Source: an uncultured Bacillales bacterium
Lineage (GTDB): Bacteria; Bacillota_I; Bacilli_A; RFN20; CAG-826
Direction: 5' to 3'
NCBI GenBank assembly: GCA_946612115.1
Contig: CAMOEI010000003.1
Coordinates: 46,515 to 110,514 of the forward strand
Length of the DNA: 64,000 bases
Shown here in pieces: positions 41,256 through 50,242 of the stretch; within the stretch, counting starts at the first letter, position 1; every line of letters starts with the position of its first letter. The position numbers and the translations under genes are program-made. The notes beneath the pieces were generated by a model. That model ran no database searches. It worked only from the letters and a program-made list of their open reading frames with translations, and was not told the DNA's origin.

Positions 41256-43225
41256 TGCCTCCAGTTCGTATTAGAGAAAGAGGAAGAGCCAAAAAGGGTA
41301 CAATGAAACGTTTGCTTAAGCAACTTTTCAAACTTTACCCAGGTCAACTCATCCTCTCATTAATATGTTTAATCTTTAACGTCTTTGGAAATCTTTCCAG
41401 TTCAATCTTTGTCTCACTTGCGACAAATACTTTAACTGCAGCAGGGCCTATTCACGCTAATCCATTTACTGACACATTCCCAGTCAGCACAACTTTTGGA
41501 TTTACCGTTAATACAAATGTCACCACCTTATTAATCATTCTCGGTTCAATTTATATCGTTGGTATTTTTGCTAGCTGGACTTGGAATAGAACAATGGCAA
41601 TCGTCACTCAAAAATTCATGAATGAATTTAGAAAAGCGATGTTCAACCACATGCAAGATTTACCAATCAAATATTTTGACACACACGCTCATGGAGCGAT
41701 CATGTCAATGTATACAAATGATATCGACACCATTAGACAATTCATTTCTCAAGCTTTACCAAGTTTAATTCAAACTGGTTTAGTTTCAATCTTTGTCTTC
41801 TTTATCATGCTCTATACCAGTGTTTGGATGACCTTAGTAGTGGTTATCGGTTTCTTCTTCATGCTTGGAGTGGTTAAAGGAGTGGGAGGAAAAGCCTCGA
41901 CATACTTTATCAAACAGCAATCCACACTTGCCCAAGTTGAAGGAGCGATTGAAGAATCAATTAATGGCCTTAAGGTCATTAAAGTCTTCTCTCATGAAGA
42001 AAAGAGTGAAGAAGAGTTTAATGTCTTAAATGAAGAGTTATATCATAACGCTTCTCAAGCCAATATCCACGGTAACATCATGATGCCAGTCATGGGTAAT
42101 ATCGGTAACTTCTTATATATCTTATGTGGAGTTATGGGAGCGTTTATCTATATCTTTGGTTGGAGAAATCTCTCCTTCTCTGGATTTGAAGTCATTAAAG
42201 GTGATGCGCCTAGATTCGCTGGTATGATCGCTTTATTCTTAATGATGAGCAGAATGTTTGCGAATAACGTTAACCAATTCTCTCAACAAGTGATCTTTAT
42301 CGTTCAAGGTATGGCGGGTGCCTCTAGATGTTTAGATTTAATCGATGAAGAAAAAGAAAAAGATGAAGGCTATGTTTACTTGTGTAACATCATCTATCAT
42401 GAAGATGGAACATTTGAAGAAACTAGTGAGCACACAAGAGACTATGCTTGGAAATATCGTCATAAAGATGGCACTCTTGAATATCGTGAATTAAAAGGTG
42501 ATATCTTACTTGATAATGTTGATTTCTCTTACGACGGTAAAAAGCTTGTTTTACAAGGGGTCAATATTTACGCTCACCCAGGACAAAAAATTGCCTTTGT
42601 TGGCGCAACCGGAGCAGGTAAAACCACAATCACTAACTTAATTAATAGATTCTATGACTTAGCGGATGGAAAGATTCGTTATGACGGAATCAATATTAAT
42701 AAAATTAAAAAAGCAGATTTAAGAAAATCATTAGGTATTGTTTTACAAGACACTAATTTATTTACTGGAACCGTTATGGATAACATTCGTTATGGTCGAT
42801 TAGAGGCCACAGATGAAGAATGTATCGAAGCTGCTAAGATTGCTAATGCCCATGACTTTATTGAAAGACTTCCAGAAGGTTATAACACCATGTTAAATGG
42901 AGATGGAAGTAATTTATCTCAAGGTCAAAGACAACTTCTTGCTATTGCAAGAGCAGCGGTTGCGGACGCTCCAGTGATGATTTTAGATGAAGCAACTTCC
43001 TCAATTGATACGAGAACTGAAAAGCTCGTTCAACAAGGAACAGATAAATTGATGGAGGGAAGAACTGTCTTTGTTATCGCACATAGACTTTCCACTGTCC
43101 AAAATAGTAATGCAATTATGGTGTTAGACCACGGACATATTATTGAACGTGGCACTCATACTGATTTGATTAATCAAAAAGGTGTCTACTATAAACTTTA
43201 TACCGGCGCCTTTGAATTAGAATAG
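41255..43225 (+). CDS. ABC exporter, fused TMD-ATPase (heterodimer subunit 2)
   Basis: GATGAGKT, LSQGQRQ, LDEATSS, AHRLST. Confidence 0.93.
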   Translation: MPPVRIRERGRAKKGTMKRLLKQLFKLYPGQLILSLICLIFNVFGNLSSSIFVSLATNTLTAAGPIHANPFTDTFPVSTTFGFTVNTNVTTLLIILGSIYIVGIFASWTWNRTMAIVTQKFMNEFRKAMFNHMQDLPIKYFDTHAHGAIMSMYTNDIDTIRQFISQALPSLIQTGLVSIFVFFIMLYTSVWMTLVVVIGFFFMLGVVKGVGGKASTYFIKQQSTLAQVEGAIEESINGLKVIKVFSHEEKSEEEFNVLNEELYHNASQANIHGNIMMPVMGNIGNFLYILCGVMGAFIYIFGWRNLSFSGFEVIKGDAPRFAGMIALFLMMSRMFANNVNQFSQQVIFIVQGMAGASRCLDLIDEEKEKDEGYVYLCNIIYHEDGTFEETSEHTRDYAWKYRHKDGTLEYRELKGDILLDNVDFSYDGKKLVLQGVNIYAHPGQKIAFVGATGAGKTTITNLINRFYDLADGKIRYDGININKIKKADLRKSLGIVLQDTNLFTGTVMDNIRYGRLEATDEECIEAAKIANAHDFIERLPEGYNTMLNGDGSNLSQGQRQLLAIARAAVADAPVMILDEATSSIDTRTEKLVQQGTDKLMEGRTVFVIAHRLSTVQNSNAIMVLDHGHIIERGTHTDLINQKGVYYKLYTGAFELE

Positions 43226-43234
43226 GAGTTTGTT

Positions 43235-44536
43235 ATGGATTACGTAAAAGGAATGTTTGAATTTATAACCAAAAGTCCAAATAGTTTCTTCGCTATCGCT
43301 AATGCGAGTAAAGAATTAGAAGAAGCAGGATATGTTTGGCAAGATGAAGTTGATGATTTCAAAATCAAATTAGGAGATAAGTTATATTTCACTAGAAACG
43401 ATAGTGCACTTATCGCTTTAAATATTGGCAAAAACTGTTCTAAAGATGATGTTGTTTTTCACATCATTGTCTCTCACGCGGACAGTCCAGGTTTTAAAGT
43501 TAAACCTGTCAGTGACAGCACTAAAGACATCTATAACAAAGTTAACATTGAAAACTATGGAGGACTTATCAAACCATCCTGGTTAGATCGTCCACTAAGC
43601 GTTGCAGGTAGAGTAATGGTGAAAGAAAACGATAAAGTCGTTACTAAACTAGTTAATATCGATAAAGATATCATTAGAATTCCTAATCTCTGTATTCATT
43701 TCTCTAAAGACATCAATGATGGACATGTTTATGACAATGTTAAAGACATGCAAGCCTTTATCGCTCAAGAACTAGAAGGAGATGTTTTAAAAGAACAACT
43801 CGCTAAAGAAGTTAACGCTAAATTAGAAGATATTGTCAGTTTTGACTTATTTGTTTATAACAGAGAAAAACCAATCTTATGGGGATTAAATGATGAATAT
43901 ATCTCTTCTCCTAGATTAGATGACCTCGCCTGTTTATATCCTTCTTTAGAAGCATTTAAAGAAAGTGAAAATGATAAAGTTGTTAATGTTTTATATATTG
44001 CAGATAATGAAGAAGTTGGTTCTTCTTCTAGACAAGGCGCAGCTAGTGAATTTCTAAAATCCATTCTTAAAAGAGTCACTAAAGAACTCGGATGGAATAG
44101 ATTTAGAAGAATCATCGCTAATTCATATTTAATAAGCGCAGATAACGCTCATGCGGTTCATCCAAATCAACCAAAGATTACTGACCCACATAACAAGGCC
44201 TATATGAACAAAGGATTAGTGATTAAATTTAACGCTTCTCAAAGTTACACAACTGATTCATTCTCTAGCGCTATCTTCCAAGAGATTTGTAAGAAAGCTG
44301 GAGAGCCATATCAATTCTACTCAAATAGTTCAAAATTAAGAGGTGGCTCAACTTTGGGAAACATCTTAATTAGATCTCTTCCATTTATTTCAGTAGATGT
44401 TGGATTAGCTCAACTTGCGATGCATTCATCTAACGAAACAATGGGTGCTAAAGACATTGAAAGCGCGATTAAAGTATTCAAAACCTTCTATACATCTAGC
44501 ATCAAAATTAGAGCGAAAGAATTTACAGTAAAATAG
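43235..44536 (+). CDS. M18 family aminopeptidase
   Basis: HADSP, RLDD, NEEVGS, SADNAHAVHPN, GGSTLG, MHS. Confidence 0.93.
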   Translation: MDYVKGMFEFITKSPNSFFAIANASKELEEAGYVWQDEVDDFKIKLGDKLYFTRNDSALIALNIGKNCSKDDVVFHIIVSHADSPGFKVKPVSDSTKDIYNKVNIENYGGLIKPSWLDRPLSVAGRVMVKENDKVVTKLVNIDKDIIRIPNLCIHFSKDINDGHVYDNVKDMQAFIAQELEGDVLKEQLAKEVNAKLEDIVSFDLFVYNREKPILWGLNDEYISSPRLDDLACLYPSLEAFKESENDKVVNVLYIADNEEVGSSSRQGAASEFLKSILKRVTKELGWNRFRRIIANSYLISADNAHAVHPNQPKITDPHNKAYMNKGLVIKFNASQSYTTDSFSSAIFQEICKKAGEPYQFYSNSSKLRGGSTLGNILIRSLPFISVDVGLAQLAMHSSNETMGAKDIESAIKVFKTFYTSSIKIRAKEFTVK

Positions 44537-44538
44537 AT

Positions 44539-44578
44539 AAAAAAACCGGGAAATTAACGACAAATCCCGGTTTTCTTT
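44539..44578. terminator. Bidirectional terminator
   Basis: AAAACCGGGA...TCCCGGTTTT between convergent genes. Confidence 0.7.
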
Positions 44579-44594
44579 ATGTTTTTTTAAAAAA

Positions 44595-46151
44595 TTAATA
44601 ACGTTTTGTGAACTTATTTAAGTGACGATAAACATGCTTCAATCTTGGGAACATTTTTAGATACACCTTTCGATAAAGTTCTTCATATTGTTGATGAGCA
44701 ACTTCATTAGGAGAGAAGGTATCAGTTTTATGACTCATCGCCTCCATTGCTTCTTGGATATTATTAAATTCTCCAGCAGCGGTAAAGACACTGATAGCCT
44801 CACCTAAAGATGTTGTTTCATAGGTTTGCACTCTACTAACTGGAAGGCCAAAGATATCCGCGGTAATTTGACAAATCGCATCGCTTTGACTACCTCCTCC
44901 TGAAATTCTTAATTCTTTAACTTTATGTCTTTGAGAATGTTCAATGGACTCCAATCCTTCTTTTAAGGCATAGCCAATTCCTTCAATAATTGCGCGATAT
45001 AAGTGTTCACGAGTGTGGATATCGCTAAATCCGATGATTCCACCTTTTGCTAAAGGTCTTCTTAGTCCTGGTCCCCAATATGGTTGAAGGACTAATCCAT
45101 CACTTCCTGGTGGAATCTTGGATAAGTTTTTATTCAATAATTCCTCAACCGCCATACTTTGGATTTTGGATTCATCAATTAATTCACTAGCGAAGTTTTT
45201 GCTAAACCATGAAAGCATCCAATATCCTCGATAGACTTGAACCTCCATGTTATACCATCCTTTTGTGGCAGCTGGATAAGCTGGTAAGAATGGTTCTGGT
45301 TCATGATATTTTTGATTACTTACTTCAATGGTGGATGCGGTTCCATAAGAAATCGCTCCAATAGATTTATCTAGAGCGCCTAATCCTAATGTTTCACAAG
45401 CTTTATCACTACCAGAAGCATAGAGCTTAATTCCTTCTGGTAAACCAGTTTCCTTACAAATCTCACTAGAAATATTTCCGATTACTTCTCCTGGTTGTTT
45501 TAATTCAAAGAGCATTCTTTTTGGAATTCCAAAAATACATCCTTTAAGAGCTTTTTCTCCATACCATTTTCTAGATTTGAAATTAATTGGATAGTGACCA
45601 GTCAAGTTAGCAGCGGAATCCACTAGTTGACCAGTTAACTTATAAGTTAAATATGTAGAAATATTGACGTATTTATCAACTTTAGACCAAACTTCTGGTT
45701 CATTTTCTTTAATCCAGTGCGCCATAGTGCGGCTACGATTTAATTTAATCGTATCGCCCATACCAACTAATCTAAATAATGCGCGATAAGTTAAAGGAAT
45801 TCTCTCTTTTGCTTTCGCCATTCTTTGATCTAGCCAGAGAATTGAATCTCTAACTGGTTTCATCTCTTTATCTAATTGAACAGAAGAATCTCTAAATGTC
45901 GAAATAGTGGAACCGATAATTCTATCTAGTTTATCTTTATTTGATTTCACTAATTCTTTTAAACATTCAACAAGGTTTTTATAGTAAAAATCTGGATCTT
46001 GTTCAGCATAACCTTTTTCCTTTGAAAAATATGGTGGGTCATATTTTCTTTTAACAATACCTTCGCACTCTCCTTTTTTGTTAAAAAGAGCGGTTCTTAA
46101 TGATTGTGTACCAAAATCAATTGTTAACACTAAAGGGGATTTTTCGCTCAT
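44595..46151 (-). CDS. FGGY family carbohydrate kinase
   Basis: IDFGTQSLR, WLDQR, SYGT, SGGGSQS. Confidence 0.9.
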   Translation of the reverse strand: MSEKSPLVLTIDFGTQSLRTALFNKKGECEGIVKRKYDPPYFSKEKGYAEQDPDFYYKNLVECLKELVKSNKDKLDRIIGSTISTFRDSSVQLDKEMKPVRDSILWLDQRMAKAKERIPLTYRALFRLVGMGDTIKLNRSRTMAHWIKENEPEVWSKVDKYVNISTYLTYKLTGQLVDSAANLTGHYPINFKSRKWYGEKALKGCIFGIPKRMLFELKQPGEVIGNISSEICKETGLPEGIKLYASGSDKACETLGLGALDKSIGAISYGTASTIEVSNQKYHEPEPFLPAYPAATKGWYNMEVQVYRGYWMLSWFSKNFASELIDESKIQSMAVEELLNKNLSKIPPGSDGLVLQPYWGPGLRRPLAKGGIIGFSDIHTREHLYRAIIEGIGYALKEGLESIEHSQRHKVKELRISGGGSQSDAICQITADIFGLPVSRVQTYETTSLGEAISVFTAAGEFNNIQEAMEAMSHKTDTFSPNEVAHQQYEELYRKVYLKMFPRLKHVYRHLNKFTKRY

Positions 46152-46323
46152 AGTAATTTCCTCACTATCTATTATTTTACACGCAAATAGACGAAAACTT
46201 TGAAAAATTATTACCAAACTAGAACTAGTTCTAAATATTTAATAGAAAAATATTTTTTAAATTTTCCCAAAAATCTCCCTAGGAAATCTTTATAAGATTT
46301 CCATTATATATAGGAGGACATTT

Positions 46324-46860
46324 ATAATAAAAACACTAAATATCAAATCTAGAAAAAACTGTATTGACTATCTTTTTAAGCTAAAAAATCGAAGGAAAAA
46401 CGTACCTATCGACATAAGAATCAAAAACACCAACTTAATCCAATTAAACGATTTACTAAACAAGAAAATATTTAGGAAAAACGACCTCTTTGTTAATTCA
46501 GATACACTGTGGCAAATAACGCAACCCAAGGGAAAGACAAGATCCCACAATCCGCACAATTTAAGCCCTGAAGAAATAATTGATGCCCTATCATCCATGA
46601 ATAATCTTTTTGCAATGTTTAAAAGCAATAATAGATATGGATTATTGACTAGTATTATAGCGAAAAACGGTCAACCGATTTTATTAGTTATCGAAATAGG
46701 AGCTGGATTAATAGGGGATTTAAATGCAAATATAAATAAATTTGTTACAATGTATCAAATCAAAGATTTAAAACAAAAACTAAACTCAATTAATAAAGAT
46801 GATTTTTTATATCTAAATAATTCACTAAAATCAATTATAAACAAAAAGCCTCTTAACTAA
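46324..46860 (+). CDS. Basic 178-aa protein, RelE/barnase-like (MuF-C/PBECR-like) RNase fold suspected; ATA start
   Basis: Frame is open from the ATA 6 nt after GGAGG through the annotated 46597 ORF; H..HNL..EEI.DAL......MFKS....GQPILLVIE...N.NKFVTMY pattern. Confidence 0.6.
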   Translation: MIKTLNIKSRKNCIDYLFKLKNRRKNVPIDIRIKNTNLIQLNDLLNKKIFRKNDLFVNSDTLWQITQPKGKTRSHNPHNLSPEEIIDALSSMNNLFAMFKSNNRYGLLTSIIAKNGQPILLVIEIGAGLIGDLNANINKFVTMYQIKDLKQKLNSINKDDFLYLNNSLKSIINKKPLN

Positions 46861-47013
46861 GAGATTGTTTAACGGAATGCTGACCGATACGAAGGGCCAA
46901 TCCCAGCTACCTGATATCAGCTAACGTGAGGGAAACATTATCAATGCCATCTCATCGCTACTTATCTCGAAGCATCTAGTTAAGTGACCGTGACTCACGG
47001 TTTTGCCTAGCTA
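46843..47013 (-). ncRNA. Structured ncRNA copy 1 (~170 nt)
   Basis: TTTACA(47047)-N17-TATTAT(47024) promoter; conserved blocks shared with copy 2; terminator overlaps the ORF stop codon. Confidence 0.7.
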
Positions 47014-47048
47014 AAAATATAATATAACGCTCAAAAAATTTTGTAAAC

Positions 47049-47226
47049 AAAAAGCCTCTCAATTGAGAGACTTGTTGGTTAGAATGCTGACCGATACGGG
47101 GCTCCAATTGCCCTAACCTGATATCAGCTGACACGGAGCAGGCACGATTGGTTACGTGTACACCCCCGAGCTACTCATCTAGGAGCATCCTTCAAATTCG
47201 CCGTGAATCACGACCTTATCCGGCTA
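47049..47226 (-). ncRNA. Structured ncRNA copy 2 (~178 nt)
   Basis: TTGATT(47261)-N17-TATGAT(47238) promoter; same blocks; terminator GTCTCTC-AATT-GAGAGGC-T5. Confidence 0.7.
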
Positions 47227-47395
47227 ATTCTCATCATAGATGATTCTTTTTTTCTAATCAACAGTTATGAATAAAAATAGAAAGATTTTCAATTTTTTTC
47301 ATTTGTGTTTTTTTCTCAATGTGTATGTGTGATAAAATATATGACGCTGGTGAGCGAACGTAATGCTCACTTTCTCGCCTATTAGGAGGAAAATT

Positions 47396-50041
47396 ATGGC
47401 TGAAAAGAAATACGTTTACCCCTTTGATGAAGCTTATGGTTTAGGTAAGGAACTCTTAGGAGGTAAAGGTGCTGGTTTAGCTGAAATGATTCACATTGGT
47501 GTCCCAGTCCCAGAAGGATTCACCATCACAACAGAAGCCTGCACACTCTATTATGAAAGTGGAAAACAAATCCCTGAATTCGTCCAAAAACAAATCTTCA
47601 CCGCAATCGAAGGTGTTGAAAAGAAAACTGGAAAGAAATTCGGTGGAGACCACAACCCATTATTAGTTTCCGTCCGTTCTGGTGCTAGAGTCTCTATGCC
47701 AGGTATGATGGACACCATCTTAAACTTAGGTTTAAATGAACAAACATGTGCTGCATTAGCAAAAGAAACTAACAATGAAAGATTTGCGATGGATTCCTAT
47801 CGTAGATTCATCCTTATGTTCACAAACATCGCCAAAGGTCACCCAAGAACTGACATGGATAAGATGCTTGATGATCTTAAGAAATCCAGAGGTTACAAAT
47901 TAGATACAGAAGTAACCACAGAAGAATTAAAAGACTTAGTTAAGAGATACAAGGAATACTACAAGAAAGTCTTCGGTGAAGAATTCCCAAGTGATCCACG
48001 TGTCCAATTAATGGAAGCTGTTGCTGCGGTCTTCAGATCCTGGGACAACCCAAGAGCGAACATCTACCGTATGCAATACTCAATCCCATATTCATGGGGA
48101 ACCGCTGTTAACGTTCAATCAATGGCGTTCGGTAATAAAGGCGAAACTTCCGGTACCGGTGTTGCTTTCTCAAGAAACGCTGCTACTGGTGAAAAGGAAA
48201 TCTCTGCTGAATATTTACCAAATGCACAAGGTGAAGACGTTGTCGCAGGTATTCGTACTCCATTACACATCGACGAACTCAAAAGACGTATGCCAGAAGT
48301 ATACGAACAATTCGTCAAAACAATTAAAAACATGGAACTCCATTATCGCGATATGCAAGATATGGAATTCACCGTTGAAGAAGGAAAACTCTACTTCTTA
48401 CAAACTAGAAGTGGTAAGAGAACTCCTGCCGCAGCCTTAAAAATGGCCTGTGATATGGTCGATGAAGGCTTAATCACCAAAGAAGAAGCCGTCTTAAGAA
48501 TTGACCCAGTTTCCTTCGACAAATTATTATTACCAAACTTCGATAAAGACGAATTAGCCGCTGCTCAAGCTAGATTAATTGCCAAAGGCAACCCAGCTGG
48601 CCCAGGAGCAGGAACAGGTGCTATCGCCTTCACTGCTGAAGAAGCAGAACAAAGACACGCTGCCGGAGAAAAAGTTGTTCTCGTTAGAGCAGAAACCTCT
48701 CCAGAAGACTTAGCAGGTATGATCGCTTGTGAAGGTATTCTCACCATGAGAGGTGGCATGACTTCTCACGCTGCTGTCGTTGCTAGAGGTATGGGTAAAT
48801 GCTGTATCACCGGTTGTGCTGCTGCATTAATCGATGAAGAAGCAAGAACCTTAACAATCAATGGTAAGGTTTACACCGATAAGGATGTCTTATCCTTAGA
48901 TGGTTCCACAGGTAGTGTCTACGCTGGTGATATTAAGAAAGTTGCACCAGACCTCTCCAGTGGTAACTTCGGAAGACTCATGAAATGGGTTGATGATGCT
49001 AGACAAATGAAAGTCAGAACTAACGCTGATACTCCAAGAGATGCACATCAAGCCAAACTCTTCGGTGCTGAAGGTATTGGACTTTGCCGTACAGAACATA
49101 TGTTCTTCGATAAAGACAAGATCTTCTCCTTCAGAAAGATGATTCTTGCTGAAACCAAAGAAGAAAGAGTTGCCGCTTTAGCGGAAATCGAACCATTACA
49201 ACAAAAAGACTTTGAAGGTTTATTCGAAGAAATGAACGGATTAAATGTTAACGTTCGTTTACTCGATCCACCTCTACACGAATTCTTACCTCAAGAAGAA
49301 GACAAGATTGAAGAACTTGCTAAAGCAACAGGCCACTCAGTCGAATTCATTCACAAGAGAATTGAAGAATTACATGAATTCAACCCAATGATGGGTCATA
49401 GAGGATGCCGTTTAGACGTCTCCTATCCAGAAATTGGTGAAATGCAAACCCGCGCTATCGTTAAAGCTGCTATTGCAGTTAATGCTAGAAAAGGTTTACA
49501 CATCGAACCAGAAATCATGATTCCATTAACCTTAGACCTCAAGGAATTCAAATTCGTTAAAGCGATTGTCACAAAGACCGCTGATGAAGTCATTAAGGAA
49601 GCTGGAGTTAACATGAAATATCATGTCGGTACCATGATTGAAATTCCACGTGCTGCTCTTCTTTCTGGAGAGATTGCCGAGGAAGCTGAATTCTTCTCAT
49701 TTGGTACAAATGACTTAACTCAAATGACCTTTGGATTCTCTAGAGATGACGCTAGTAAATTCTTACCAGAATACTACAGCAACAAAATCTTTGAAGAAGA
49801 TCCATTCAAGACCTTAGATACCCATGGTGTTGGACGTCTTATCAAACTCTCCGTTAAAGAGGGTAGAGAAACTAGACCAGAACTCCACGTTGGTGTCTGT
49901 GGTGAAACTGGTGGAGAACCAAATTCCATCCAATTCTATCATGACGTTGGATTAGACTATGTCTCCTGTTCACCATTCCGTGTCCCAGTCGCTAGATTAG
50001 CCGCTGCTCAAGCTGCGATTAGACACCCAAGAAATAAATAG
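47396..50041 (+). CDS. ppdK: Pyruvate, phosphate dikinase
   Basis: LLGGKGA, SVRSGA, GGMTSHAAVVARG, GLCRTEHMF, SFGTNDLTQ. Confidence 0.98.
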   Translation: MAEKKYVYPFDEAYGLGKELLGGKGAGLAEMIHIGVPVPEGFTITTEACTLYYESGKQIPEFVQKQIFTAIEGVEKKTGKKFGGDHNPLLVSVRSGARVSMPGMMDTILNLGLNEQTCAALAKETNNERFAMDSYRRFILMFTNIAKGHPRTDMDKMLDDLKKSRGYKLDTEVTTEELKDLVKRYKEYYKKVFGEEFPSDPRVQLMEAVAAVFRSWDNPRANIYRMQYSIPYSWGTAVNVQSMAFGNKGETSGTGVAFSRNAATGEKEISAEYLPNAQGEDVVAGIRTPLHIDELKRRMPEVYEQFVKTIKNMELHYRDMQDMEFTVEEGKLYFLQTRSGKRTPAAALKMACDMVDEGLITKEEAVLRIDPVSFDKLLLPNFDKDELAAAQARLIAKGNPAGPGAGTGAIAFTAEEAEQRHAAGEKVVLVRAETSPEDLAGMIACEGILTMRGGMTSHAAVVARGMGKCCITGCAAALIDEEARTLTINGKVYTDKDVLSLDGSTGSVYAGDIKKVAPDLSSGNFGRLMKWVDDARQMKVRTNADTPRDAHQAKLFGAEGIGLCRTEHMFFDKDKIFSFRKMILAETKEERVAALAEIEPLQQKDFEGLFEEMNGLNVNVRLLDPPLHEFLPQEEDKIEELAKATGHSVEFIHKRIEELHEFNPMMGHRGCRLDVSYPEIGEMQTRAIVKAAIAVNARKGLHIEPEIMIPLTLDLKEFKFVKAIVTKTADEVIKEAGVNMKYHVGTMIEIPRAALLSGEIAEEAEFFSFGTNDLTQMTFGFSRDDASKFLPEYYSNKIFEEDPFKTLDTHGVGRLIKLSVKEGRETRPELHVGVCGETGGEPNSIQFYHDVGLDYVSCSPFRVPVARLAAAQAAIRHPRNK

Positions 50042-50065
50042 TTTCTTTAAGCCAATTTATAAACT

Positions 50066-50095
50066 AACAGCCGCCTAAACCGCGGCTGTTTTTTT
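50066..50095 (+). terminator. ppdK terminator
   Basis: AACAGCCGC...GCGGCTGTT plus T-tract. Confidence 0.8.
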
Positions 50096-50242
50096 ATATT
50101 TTAATTAGGTATTTCAAGTGCAAATACACGCATTTCGCATACATAATTTTTAGCAAACTTGTTAAAAATTTATTTACACATGTGTGAGAAAGATTTATAT
50201 TAAAAACAAATTTTTATTTTTCACGAAAGGAGAAAACAAGAC

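Noticed and set aside
46220-46233. Palindrome TAGAACTAGTTCTA as a LexA box
   Set aside because: Spacing is GAAC-N2-GTTC rather than the Firmicutes GAAC-N4-GTTC; it may be another operator, but this is unsupported.
46368-46628. Minus-strand 86-aa ORF
   Set aside because: Shadow of the longer plus-strand frame that has an RBS; no RBS or motifs of its own.
46843-47226. Hammerhead ribozyme, SRP RNA or IS110 bridge RNA
   Set aside because: There is a three-way junction with CUAGAUGAG and GUC, but no CUGAUGA/GAAA core. UCAGGU is present but without the SRP GNRA loop and AGCAG. No IS110 recombinase is in the window.
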